Origin: Octopus bimaculoides
Taxonomy: Eukaryota
DNA length: 64,000 nt
Assembly: GCF_001194135.2 (NCBI RefSeq)
Contig: NC_069001.1
Span: forward strand, 15,901,653 to 15,965,652
Direction of reading: 5' to 3'
The translations under genes were made by a program, and so were the position numbers. Positions 41,078-51,086 of the stretch are shown one piece after another. A model generated the notes under the pieces. It had not been told where the DNA came from. It worked only from the letters and a program-made list of their open reading frames with translations, and made no database searches. Position 1 is the stretch's first letter. Every line of letters begins with the position of its first letter.

Positions 41078-42310
41078 CATCATCATCATCATCATCGTTT
41101 AACGTCTGCTTTCCATGCTAGCATGGGTTGGATGATTTGACTGAGGACTGGTGAAACCAGATGGCTACACCAGGCTCCAATCTGATCTATAGCTGGATGC
41201 CCTTCCTAACGCCAATCACTCCAAGAGTGTAGTGGGTGCTTTTACATGCCACCGGCACGAAGGCCAGTCAGGCGGTACTGGCAATGGCCACGCTCGAAAT
41301 GGTGTATTTTACGTGCCACCTGCACAGGAGCCAGTTCGGCGGCACTGGCAACGATCTCGCTCGAATGTCTTTACACGTGCCATCCGNNNNNNNNNNNNNN
41401 NNNNNNNNNNNNNNNNNNNNNNNNNNNNNNNNNNNNNNNNNNNNNNNNNNNNNNNNNNNNNNNNNNNNNNNNNNNNNNNNNNNNNNNNNNNNNNNNNNNN
41501 NNNNNNNNNNNNNNNNNNNNNNNNNNNNNNNNNNNNNNNNNNNNNNNNNNNNNNNNNNNNNNNNNNNNNNNNNNNNNNNNNNNNNNNNNNNNNNNNNNNN
41601 NNNNNNNNNNNNNNNNNNNNNNNNNNNNNNNNNNNNNNNNNNNNNNNNNNNNNNNNNNNNNNNNNNNNNNNNNNNNNNNNNNNNNNNNNNNNNNNNNNNN
41701 NNNNNNNNNNNNNNNNNNNNNNNNNNNNNNNNNNNNNNNNNNNNNNNNNNNNNNNNNNNNNNNNNNNNNNNNNNNNNNNNNNNNNNNNNNNNNNNNNNNN
41801 NNNNNNNNNNNNNNNNNNNNNNNNNNNNNNNNNNNNNNNNNNNNNNNNNNNNNNNNNNNNNNNNNNNNNNNNNNNNNNNNNNNNNNNNNNNNNNNNNNNN
41901 NNNNNNNNNNNNNNNNNNNNNNNNNNNNNNNNNNNNNNNNNNNNNNNNNNNNNNNNNNNNNNNNNNNNNNNNNNNNNNNNNNNNNNNNNNNNNNNNNNNN
42001 NNNNNNNNNNNNNNNNNNNNCGCCACATGACCATACCAGTGCAATCGTATCTTTTGCACACCACAACTGATGCTTCGTAAGTTCAACTTTTCTCTCAAGG
42101 TATTAACACTGTGTCTAGTATGTACACTGACATTACACATCCATCGGAGCATACTGGCTTCATTCCTTGCGAGCTTACGCATGTCCTCAGCAGTCACGGC
42201 CCATGTTTCACTGCCATGAAGCATGGCTGTTCGTACACATGCGTTATACAGTCTGCTTTTACTCTGAGAGAGAGACCCTTTGTCGCCAGCAGAGGTAAGA
42301 GCTTTCCAAA
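41078..42310 (-). mobile_element. RTE-type LINE 3' fragment spanning an N gap
   Basis: SRLYNACVRTAMLHGSETWAVTAEDMRKLARNEASMLRWMCNV...RLHWYGHVA at 42021-42310. The 3' UTR ends in a (GAT)n tail at about 41078-41097. Confidence 0.85.
41387..42020. other. Assembly gap (largest of eight)
   Basis: N runs at 1438-1453, 17313-17546, 23837-24006, 30730-30739, 41387-42020, 50725-50824, 53039-53357 and 58549-59116. Confidence 1.
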
Positions 42311-44118
42311 TAAAAACAGGAAATACTCTAAATAATAACAAGTAAAAAAACTGACCAGCTAAAACATAGCAACAATTTACATTCATTTATGAACCACTAA
42401 GAATTTCCATCACAAAAAAGTGGACACACCAAGTTAAATAATGGACTTTGCAGCTTTGACCTTTACATTGTCAAAGCAAAGGATTAAATTTAAAAAAAAC
42501 AAAAATAACTAAAAGTACTGGTGCACCCTTTAACTACCTACCAAAAGAACACACCTAAATATGCACCTCTGCTTACAAAGTTTTGCATACATGAATAAAT
42601 TCAAAACAATAACCCCAAATTTAAGCAATAAAAAATTTTCCAAAACACCTCTCCATAACAACCCACCCTAAAACTTAATTACCACTCCACTCAAACCCAC
42701 ACACCCAAGGAAGATTTTAATTCAACAGACACTATATAAAGCCAAGATTAACTCCAATGCGTCACAGTCCGATGATGGCTTAACTGGTTGAAACTTTGAA
42801 GTTATGGTCAATAATATTCTTGCTTAAGACTAATAAATTTGTACTCTTCAAAAGTATAGAGTAACCCATCAGATTAATGCAAAATTGTTTATATTATAAC
42901 TGAACATAAAAACAAACATTAACAATATATGCACACACATACACACACACAAATTATATACATACTGAATAAGTGTTTAACCCTTTAACATTCATCATCA
43001 TCATCAGTTAACATCCTTTTCCATGCTGGCATGGGTTGGATGGTTTGACTGAGGACTGGTGAGCTGGAGGCTGCACAAGGCTCAATCTGATTGGGCAAAG
43101 TTTCTACAGCTGGACGCCCTTCCTGACGCCAACCACTCTGAGAGTGTAGTGGGTGCTTTTACGTGCCACCGGCATGGGGGCCAATCAGGTGGTTCTGGCA
43201 ACGACTACGCTCAAAGGGTGTTTTTACGTGCTACAAGCACGGGAGACAGTCCAGCAGCACTGGCAACGACCATGCTTGAATGTTGTTTTTTACATGCCAC
43301 TGGAACATGTGCCAGTAAGGCAATGATCATGCTCGAATGGTGGCCCTGACAACAATCACGTTCGGATGTGTTTTTCATGTTCCACTGGCACGAGTGCCAA
43401 TCAGGCAGTACTGTCATTGGCCACGTCAGTGATTTTGATTTGTTTACACTTACCTCAATAGGTCTTTGCAAGCAAAGTTCATTGTCCAATGAATGAGGGG
43501 TACTCATAAATGGGCCAGTTACACCCCATGTTCGGATGTGCTTTTAACGTTCTACTGGCACGAGTGCCAATCAGGCGGTACTGTCATCAGCCACATCAAC
43601 GATTTTGATTATTCTATCAAATATAATGCTTTTTCATTCACAGTGTTTAATTGATCGTGCATTATCTCACAGCCTTGAAATTTTGATGATGTAATTGTAT
43701 ATTTTTAGAATAGCATTGAAGGGTAGGTGTAATAGTCTGCATTTAGTTGGTTATAACATAAAACAGGTGGTATATTTCGGCTGGATATGACTGGTTTAAA
43801 TGCTAAAGAGTTAAGTACTATAAAATATATCCACTAATTTAAAAGCTGTTCATCATCATCATTATTTAACATCCATTGTCCATGCTGGCATGGGTTGGAC
43901 GGTTTGACCAGGTTGGCATGCTGGAAGGCTGTACCAGACTCCAGTCTGATTTGGCATGGATTTCTATGGCTGGATGCCCTTCCAAACACCAACCACTCCA
44001 AGAGTGCAATGGGTGCTTTTACATGCCACCAGCACAGGTGCCATTTGCATGGCACTGGGGTGCTTTTACATGTCACTGGAATGGTTGTCAATTTGCCTGA
44101 CACGACTGATTTTGTTCA

Positions 44119-44449
44119 TACAGTTCTATGTCTCAGAGATGAAGAATTATGTACATTATTTACATTATGTACATTTGACGGATATTTGTCCTCATCTTGT
44201 TTGTTGTTAACACTATGCTATATGCCCACGGGCATATGGCATAGTGGTTAAGAGCGCAGGCTACTAACCCCAAGATTCCAAGTTCGATTCCAAGCAGTGA
44301 CCTGAATAATAACATTGAAAAATACCTTAGGAATGAGAACCCAGGTTTGAAATTTCCCCAAGACACCTGATGAAAGCTGGAGGGTATATCAGCCGAAACG
44401 TGTTAACAACAAACAAGATGAGGACAAATATCCATCAAATGTAAATAAT
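44119..44449. mobile_element. Composite element: inverted 3'-tail copy, tRNA-like head and hammerhead-bearing repeat, with about 11-12 bp TSD
   Basis: tgattttgttca at 44107-44118 and 44449-44460. 44171-44213 is the reverse complement of 44400-44442 (one mismatch). Confidence 0.75.
44362..44404 (+). ncRNA. Hammerhead remnant with canonical CUGAUGA core, lacking the cleavage triplet
   Basis: GACAC-CUGAUGA-A-AGCUG(10 nt)CAGCC-GAAAC-GUGUU. Stem I pairs GACAC/GUGUU, but there is no room for stem III 3' strand plus NUH. Confidence 0.6.
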
Positions 44450-44454
44450 GATTT

Positions 44455-45095
44455 TGTTCAGCTTGATGGGTCTTCTCAAGCATGACATAATGCCAAAGGT
44501 CTTGGTCATTGTCTCCATGAGGCCAAACACTCGAAAGGAACTCAGCCACTTTGCCTCCATGAGACCCAGTGCTTGAAAGGTATTCTTTACGTGCCACCAG
44601 CATGGGTGTACTTGGTTTAATGGGTCCTCTCAAGCACAGCACATTGCCAAAGGTCTTGGTCACTAGTCATTGCTTCGGTGAGGCTCAAAGTTCAAAGATC
44701 ATGCTTCACCACCTCATCCCATGTCTTCCTGGGTCTACCGCTACCAAAGATTTCCTCCAGAGTTAGAGATTGGCACTTTTTTACACGGCTGTTTTTGTTC
44801 ATATGCATCACGTGACCTTACTTGCACTCCACATCTGATGCCTCTTACACTTAAATTTTCTCTTAAAATGCTTACACTCTGTCGAACATACACACTGACA
44901 ATGCACATCCAGCGAAGTGTACAGGCTTCATTTCTTTCAAGCCTATGCATGTCATCAGCTGTCACAGCCCATGTTTCACTGCCATGCAGCATAGCTGTTC
45001 ACACACATGCATCAAACAATCTGCCTTTCACTCTGGGAAAGAGGCCCTTTGTTGCTAGCAGGGGTAGGAGCTCTCTGAACTTTGCCCAGCCTAAT
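44455..45095 (-). mobile_element. Second RTE-type LINE remnant, disrupted
   Basis: MLHGSETWAVTADDMHRLERNEACTLRWMC. Same family as 42021-42310, with a deletion and broken frame. Confidence 0.8.
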
Positions 45096-46384
45096 CTTGT
45101 CAGTATGTAATACTGGCAGAAACATTAGCACACTGGGCAAATGCTTAGCGGTATTTCGTCTGCCTTTACATTCTGAGTTCAAATTCTGCCAAGGTTGACT
45201 GCCTTTCATCCTCTAAGGGTTGATAAATTAAGTACCAGTTGCATACTGGGGTCAATCTAATCAACTGGCACCCTCCCCTAAAATTTCAGGCCTTGTGCCT
45301 AGAGTAGAAAAGAATATGTCAGTATATAAGTATATATATATATTTGGATGTATATGTCTATGAATATGTACATATCTTATGTATATATGTTACCATCAGT
45401 GTGTCTAAATTTTCTGCTTTTGTTGCTTTGTTTAGCTTATGTCATATTTCAAACATCAATTGTATTTTGATTTTTGTAGTTTAACTTTATTTCCTGAATA
45501 TATTAAATAATCATATGGATAGTGTGGCTGTGTGGTAAGAAGCTTGCTACTCAACCACAAGGTTCTGGTATCAGCCCCGCTGTGTGACACCTTGGGCAAG
45601 CGCTTTTTTACTACGGTCACGGGCCAACCAAAGCCTTGTGAGTGGATTCAGTAGATGAAAACTGAAAGAAGCCTGTTGTGTGAGTGTGTGTGTGTTCCCC
45701 CCATCACCACCACTTGACAACCAGTGTTGGTGTGTTTATGTTCCTGCAACTTAGTGGTTTGGCAAAAGAGACTGACAGAATAAGCACCAGAAGTACTGGG
45801 GTTGATTCATTCAATTAAAAATTCAAGTTGGTACTCCAGCATGGCCACAGTATAATGACAGAAACAAGTAAAAGATGATGATATATCTTAACAGTTGAAA
45901 CAGCTGTACAACTTAGAATGCAACATTTGTAAAATCTTTGCATTTTTACAATTGTAAATGTGTGTATGTGTGTGTTTGTTTCAACTTTCATTTTTTTCCA
46001 TGTGTACATGGGTTGGATGGCACTTATTTGAGAGAGCATAACTGTCACTAACCCTTACTTCAGGTAAGAGATTTATTTTTTATTCCACTAGTCTCTGAAA
46101 GTGCAGAGTGACTGGGTTGTAAAGTCGCAATATCAACAAGGAATGTAACCATCTATCATCATATTGCTCAGACAGTGAGAAGCAAAGCCACGGACGGTCA
46201 ACATTCACACATATATGCACACAAACATGACAAGACATGACTCCATATGTTTTTTGTCTATCAAATCCACTCGTTGGCCTAGGATTATAGAAGACACTTC
46301 GCCAAGATGCTATGAAATTATAATATATATACACAAACAATGTTAGAAAATTCAACAACTTTTTACATCAAATATACATAATTA

Positions 46385-46754
46385 CGGTGGAGGCGCAATG
46401 GCCCAGTGGTTAGGGCAGCGGACTCGCAGTTTCAATTCCCAGACCGGGCGTTGTGAGTGTTTATTGAGCGAAAACACCTAAAGCTCCACGAGGTTCCAGC
46501 AGGGGATGGTGGTGAACCCTGTTGTACTCTTTCACCACAACTTTCTCTCACTCTTACTTCCTGTTTCTGTTGTGCCTGTAATTCAAAGGGTCAACCTTGT
46601 CACACTGTGTCATGCTGAATATCCCCAAGAACTACGTTAAGGGTACACGTGTCTGTGGAGTGCTCAGCCACTTGCACGTTAATTTCACGAGCAGGCTGTT
46701 CTGTTGATCGGATCAACTGGAACCCTCAACGTCGTAAGCGACGGAGTGCCAACA
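46385..46754 (+). mobile_element. SINE family 3 copy with a deletion in the tRNA head and 9-bp TSD
   Basis: TSD acataatta at 46376-46384 and 46755-46763. Confidence 0.85.
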
Positions 46755-47180
46755 ACATAATTATGAGCTGCCTTCTGGCAAGGCACAGCATGTGTTCAGC
46801 CACTCTGCCACCGTTGAAGTCATGGGACCGTAGTATGGCAGTTTGTGAAGTACCAGAAGATCTCAACTAAGCCAATGGTGCTTCTTACATTGATGCTGAG
46901 CAGTGGAATCCTAGGTCAGGATCATCAAGCTCTATCAAGAGAGTAATTGCAATGCATCCATAGGAGTGGCATTGATGGTTGTGCAATCAACTAATGAAAG
47001 AATCACTAGGACTCAAGCTCCCAATTCAAATTCATAATAATGGAATTGGATGAATATGACAGAGTAATGGAAATTTATGAAAGCAAGTGAAAAAAAATAT
47101 TCTCTACCATTGTATAAGCAGAAAAGAAAAACATTTTTTTAATTCATATTGAAAATTTAAGCATTAATGAATTTAATATA

Positions 47181-47544
47181 GGAGATGTACTTGCATAGCA
47201 AGTGACCTGATCTGAGATCGTGTACTGGAACGAAAACAATTGCAGCGTGGAAGATGTTTATAAGCCATTTAAAATAACACACAAAATCCGTTGGATTCAC
47301 TTCAGCATTTAAATTTAATTTGTCAAAATATTTTCGTCGCTTTGAGACCGCGACCTGTTCACTGACAAAATTCACTGACCTGTTCACTGACCTGTTGACT
47401 GAGATGTAGCACAGAATTTTGTCAGTGAACAGGTCGCGGTCTCAAAGCGACGAAAATATTTTGACAAATTAAATTTAAATGTTGAAGTGAATCTAACGGT
47501 TTTTGTGTGTTATTTTAAATGGCTTATAAACACCTTCCATGCTG
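47181..47544. mobile_element. Insertion with 131-bp inverted arms, 40-bp spacer, one-sided 62-bp extension and 11-12 bp TSD
   Basis: Arms 47243-47373 and 47414-47544 (five mismatches by eye). (g)aatttaatata at 47169-47180 and 47544-47555. Confidence 0.8.
47418..47468 (+). ncRNA. Hammerhead-like fold with GUGAACA core (also present on the minus strand at 47319-47369)
   Basis: UUUGUCA-GUGAACA-G-GUCGC(9 nt)GCGAC-GAAA-AUAU-U-U-UGACAAA: 7-bp stem I, 5-bp stem II, palindromic AAUAUU stem III. Confidence 0.45.
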
Positions 47545-47607
47545 AATTTAATATATTTATCATTTTAAATTTTTTTCTTAAAATCCAAACTATAAAGGTA
47601 ATCTTAC

Positions 47608-47673
47608 GCTTCACTCATTATCAGCCGGCATAGGTCTTTAAGATCCCAACTTCTTCAGTAAATGAAAGTTAAT
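47608..47673 (-). CDS. KATNA1: Probable upstream katanin exon: 5' UTR plus 11 coding nt (ATG at 47618, ATG AGT GAA GC) giving the N-terminus MSEA-MLTDIAE
   Basis: Strong acceptor ttttcctttccag and donor gtaaga. The final GC joins the single T preceding ATG at 36499 to make an in-frame GCT. All three frames have stops earlier in the exon, so the rest is UTR. Confidence 0.65.
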
Positions 47674-48544
47674 CTGGAAAGGAAAATAAAGTTCTAAGGT
47701 TAACAAAGAAATCAAAATATTTATATTAGGAAAGAAACTAAATTTTTAAAGACAAGAAGCAAATACAATTCTGAGAATTTTCTAATCCCCACTCCTGGTA
47801 AGGATTAAAATACATAGTTTATGTTAAAATTTTAGTCTTAGAAATGATACAGGTTTTTACAAGTCGAATATTGAGAGACATACTATTGCGGATCAATCCA
47901 ATTCTCTGGCATGAAATAAATGATTCTGAGGTATTGTTTCTCTATGCTTGTGAACCTCAACAGCCTCAATTTGTAACTTCTACTGAACTCGTGTCTTGAG
48001 GGGGCCACCTGGATACCTCATCTATCTCTCTTTGAAGCACCTACTGATCACCCCGTCCCTTACTAAATGTGAGTAACTATGCAGCTCTACTACAAGAACT
48101 TGCACAGCCCTCCACCTCTTCTTGCACCCACTGGTTCATTTAAGATCTTATTAAAATTTATGTGCAAAAAACTGGCTTTACCTCTACAATACACAAAATA
48201 TTTTAAAAGATTTTTTAGGCAATTTCTCATAATAATTAATTATGAAAATGGAATTCTTTTTTTTGTTTCTACTCTAGGCACAAGGCTCGAAGATTTTGGG
48301 GAAGAGGGCCAGTCAATTAGATCGACCCCAGTATGCAACTGGTACTTAATTTATCGACCCTGAAAGGGTGAAAGCCAAAGTCGACCTTGAGGGAATTTGA
48401 ACTCAGAACATAAAGACAGATGAAATACCGCTGAGCATTTCGCCCGGTGTGCTAACGTTTCTGCCAGCTCGCCCCTTAAAATGGAATTTTTTAAACATCA
48501 AATGGCTATGAGGATCCACCCAAGTAAAATAGGAATGAAAAGAG

Positions 48545-49197
48545 GGATCTTGTTCAAAACGGGGGCACCAGTATTTTCTCAACGAAACACTTTGAAACTT
48601 GGGACACTGGTAGAATGTGTCATATAAAACATCTTTTTCTCTTAGTCTTCTTAGCAAAAAAACGTACATCGCAAGTTATTTCATGTTAAAGTTGTCGTAT
48701 TTCTGTAATTTCAACCAATGACTGACGTCCATTCAGCCGTAAAGATTAAGTGCTGACTACATAAACAAACGATTCGCGGCGGTGATAAAATTATTATTTC
48801 CTTGTCAAAAAATGGCTGAAGCATATTGGCAGTAGCTAATAAACCTTTCTATTATAGGCACAAGACATGGTTTTTGAGGGAAGGAGCAAGTCAATTAGGG
48901 TTAGGGTTAGGGAAAACGAACACACGTGTGTTGCCTCTGCAAAAATGTCAGAAGTAATGGAGATTAAATACGCTTTACACTGCTTAGGAGTAACTGTAAA
49001 CAGGTGAATACTTGTCAGTGATTGGTTGAAATTATCAAAATAAGACAATTTTTTACATGAAATAAATCCGAATACAAAAATTTTTTTCTGTTCTATAACA
49101 CAAAATAGATAAGTATACGAAGTTTGAAAGTCTTTCGGTACCAAAAACACTACATAAAACATTAATGAAAACTGGTGCCCCGTTTTGAACAAGATCC
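48545..49197. mobile_element. MITE with 27-28 bp TIRs starting GGATCT and perfect 8-bp TSD GAAAAGAG
   Basis: ggatcttgttcaaaacgggggcaccagt versus the reverse complement of 49171-49197 (one G indel). TSD at 48537-48544 and 49198-49205. Confidence 0.88.
48895..48912 (+). repeat. Interstitial (TTAGGG)3
   Basis: ttagggttagggttaggg directly follows a truncated SINE family 2 fragment inside the 48545-49197 MITE. Confidence 0.9.
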
Positions 49198-50389
49198 GAA
49201 AAGAGTCCTTCAAGTAAAAAAAATGATGGAAGACCACTGCTCTAAACCCTCATCCCCAAGTACAAACCCATCCTCATCTCACTTTCAGGGTTCATAGTCT
49301 TGTGAACTGTATAGCAACCTCAATAGTGTTATTAGCACACAAAAAAAGCATCCAGTATATTCTATAAAGAAGTTGGCATCAAGAAAGGCATTGAGCCATA
49401 GAAACCTGTCTCTAGCAGTTGAGTGTCCATGATTCTGACCACATAAGGTCAGAATCACATGATCTGGTGGTCTCAGTACTGGAGGTAGCAGGGATTTATC
49501 TCCCCACAAGCGATATAAACAAGACTGGATTTTGCACTGAAAGCCAATAAGAGAGTTTCTCTCGTGGTAACTACTGCAGTATAGTTTGTTCTAATAGAAC
49601 ATCCACGTTTAAGTGGGGATAAATATTACCATAGAAACCATGGCCAAGCAGACAATGGAAAATGATGCAGTCCTTGGATCCACTGTATTCTGTCACGGCG
49701 TTAAATGATGATGATGACATCTCTTCCTTAACATATATCAGCTAAAAACTGAATAGCAATATCCTCTTGACTGTAATGGAAAGATATTCATGCCTGCCTG
49801 ACACTACCCCCTATTAAATACAGTAGTAACATGATTCATGTTACCTGTTCTTATTGTTCAGCCCTGACTGAGCAGAACTAATGATCAATGGATTTCCAGT
49901 TCTGACCATCTTGTCTTCTTCCTGGGTGTAGGATATCAAGGACCACATTACCTAATGTGCTCCACTTTTTTTTAAAACACTAGGGTGAACTATGAGAGAT
50001 TTGGCTGCTGTTTCTAGCAAATAGAATGATCAAGTAGAGCAGTCATGGGTAACTGCAGCCCATGAGACTTTCTGAATGGCATGTTTAACAAAAAAATTAC
50101 TTTGAATTTTTTAGTTGTGTGGCCTGCCTGATGATGAACCATGTCTCATACAGCTTAGCATTTGAAAAAGGTTGCCCATGCTTGATGTGGAGTTTCTCCC
50201 CAGGGTGATTTGGTTACTATTTTGTAGCTAGTCAGAAACAGCTGAGAGGATCCCACATTAGCTCACACATCACGTTTAGAAAGCGTATCAAACACAAAAA
50301 TGGACGTTAAATCATAAAACAGCTGTTCAATATATATATATACACATTATATACATACATATGTATGTGTATATATATATATATATATT

Positions 50390-50710
50390 TATTTATTTAT
50401 AAAAAGTGTAGGTGGCATCACTACCGACATGGTCTCTACTACTACTACTACTACAGCCAATGGTTCTAGTCAACACACAAGACAGCCATTATGTTCCCAC
50501 ACATAAAACGCTTCCACGTTGACTCTGTTGAAACTAGTAAGAAATAATTATGAACTTTTCTTTTATTACACTTTTAAAAATATATATTTTTGATAAGGTT
50601 CGCTTTTTTCAAGAAGAACCAAAACATGTAAAATATCTCTGAGAAAATTAAAATTTATCTTATATATTGGCGTTTTCAAACTTCTTTTTAATAAATAAAT
50701 AAATATATAT
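50390..50710 (+). mobile_element. Penelope-like fragment between (TA)n tracts, with short inverted termini and a decayed hammerhead
   Basis: The left end reads cttttt-ataaataaataa-atatat on the minus strand, mirroring the right end. Hammerhead fold at 50584-50636. Confidence 0.45.
50584..50636 (+). ncRNA. Hammerhead-like fold with UUGAUAA core and G12A change
   Basis: AUAUUU-UUGAUAA-GGUUC(14 nt)GAACC-AAAA-CAUG-U-A-AAAUAU: 6-bp stem I, 5-bp stem II, palindromic ACAUGU stem III. Confidence 0.5.
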
Positions 50711-51058
50711 ATATATATATATATNNNNNNNNNNNNNNNNNNNNNNNNNNNNNNNNNNNNNNNNNNNNNNNNNNNNNNNNNNNNNNNNNNNNNNNNNNNN
50801 NNNNNNNNNNNNNNNNNNNNNNNNCATGGCCGCAGTCAAATGACTGAAACAAGTAAAAGAGAAAGAGAGAGTAAGTTCACCAGGTTTCTTTAACTGGGGG
50901 TAGGAACCCTCTTGCCCACATTCAAATTTGAAGTTACCATGTGACCAAGTTTTCCATAATCTCATATGTGAAAAAAAAAAATAAATAAATAAATAAATAA
51001 AAAAGGGGGTTTAAGCCAAAAGACAAAAAATGGTAATTTTATACATAAAGAGCATTAC

Positions 51059-51086
51059 CCAGTCTTAGAACAGATTCGCCATATTC
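51059..51086 (-). other. Candidate 28-nt non-coding leader exon
   Basis: Acceptor ctctgtcttgtgtag and donor ctgg|gtaatg in unique sequence on the katanin strand. Splice signals only. Confidence 0.3.

Noticed and set aside
41232-42386. Long ORFs of 231-372 aa, and similar ones at 17214-17732, 52998-53399 and 58500-59140
   Set aside because: Their length comes from N gaps. The only real coding part is the RTE remnant at 42021-42310.
44225-44290. tRNA-like sequences here and at 46387-46450 and 14310-14370 as tRNA genes
   Set aside because: They have A/B-box-like motifs but no complete acceptor stem. They are heads of SINEs or decayed repeats.
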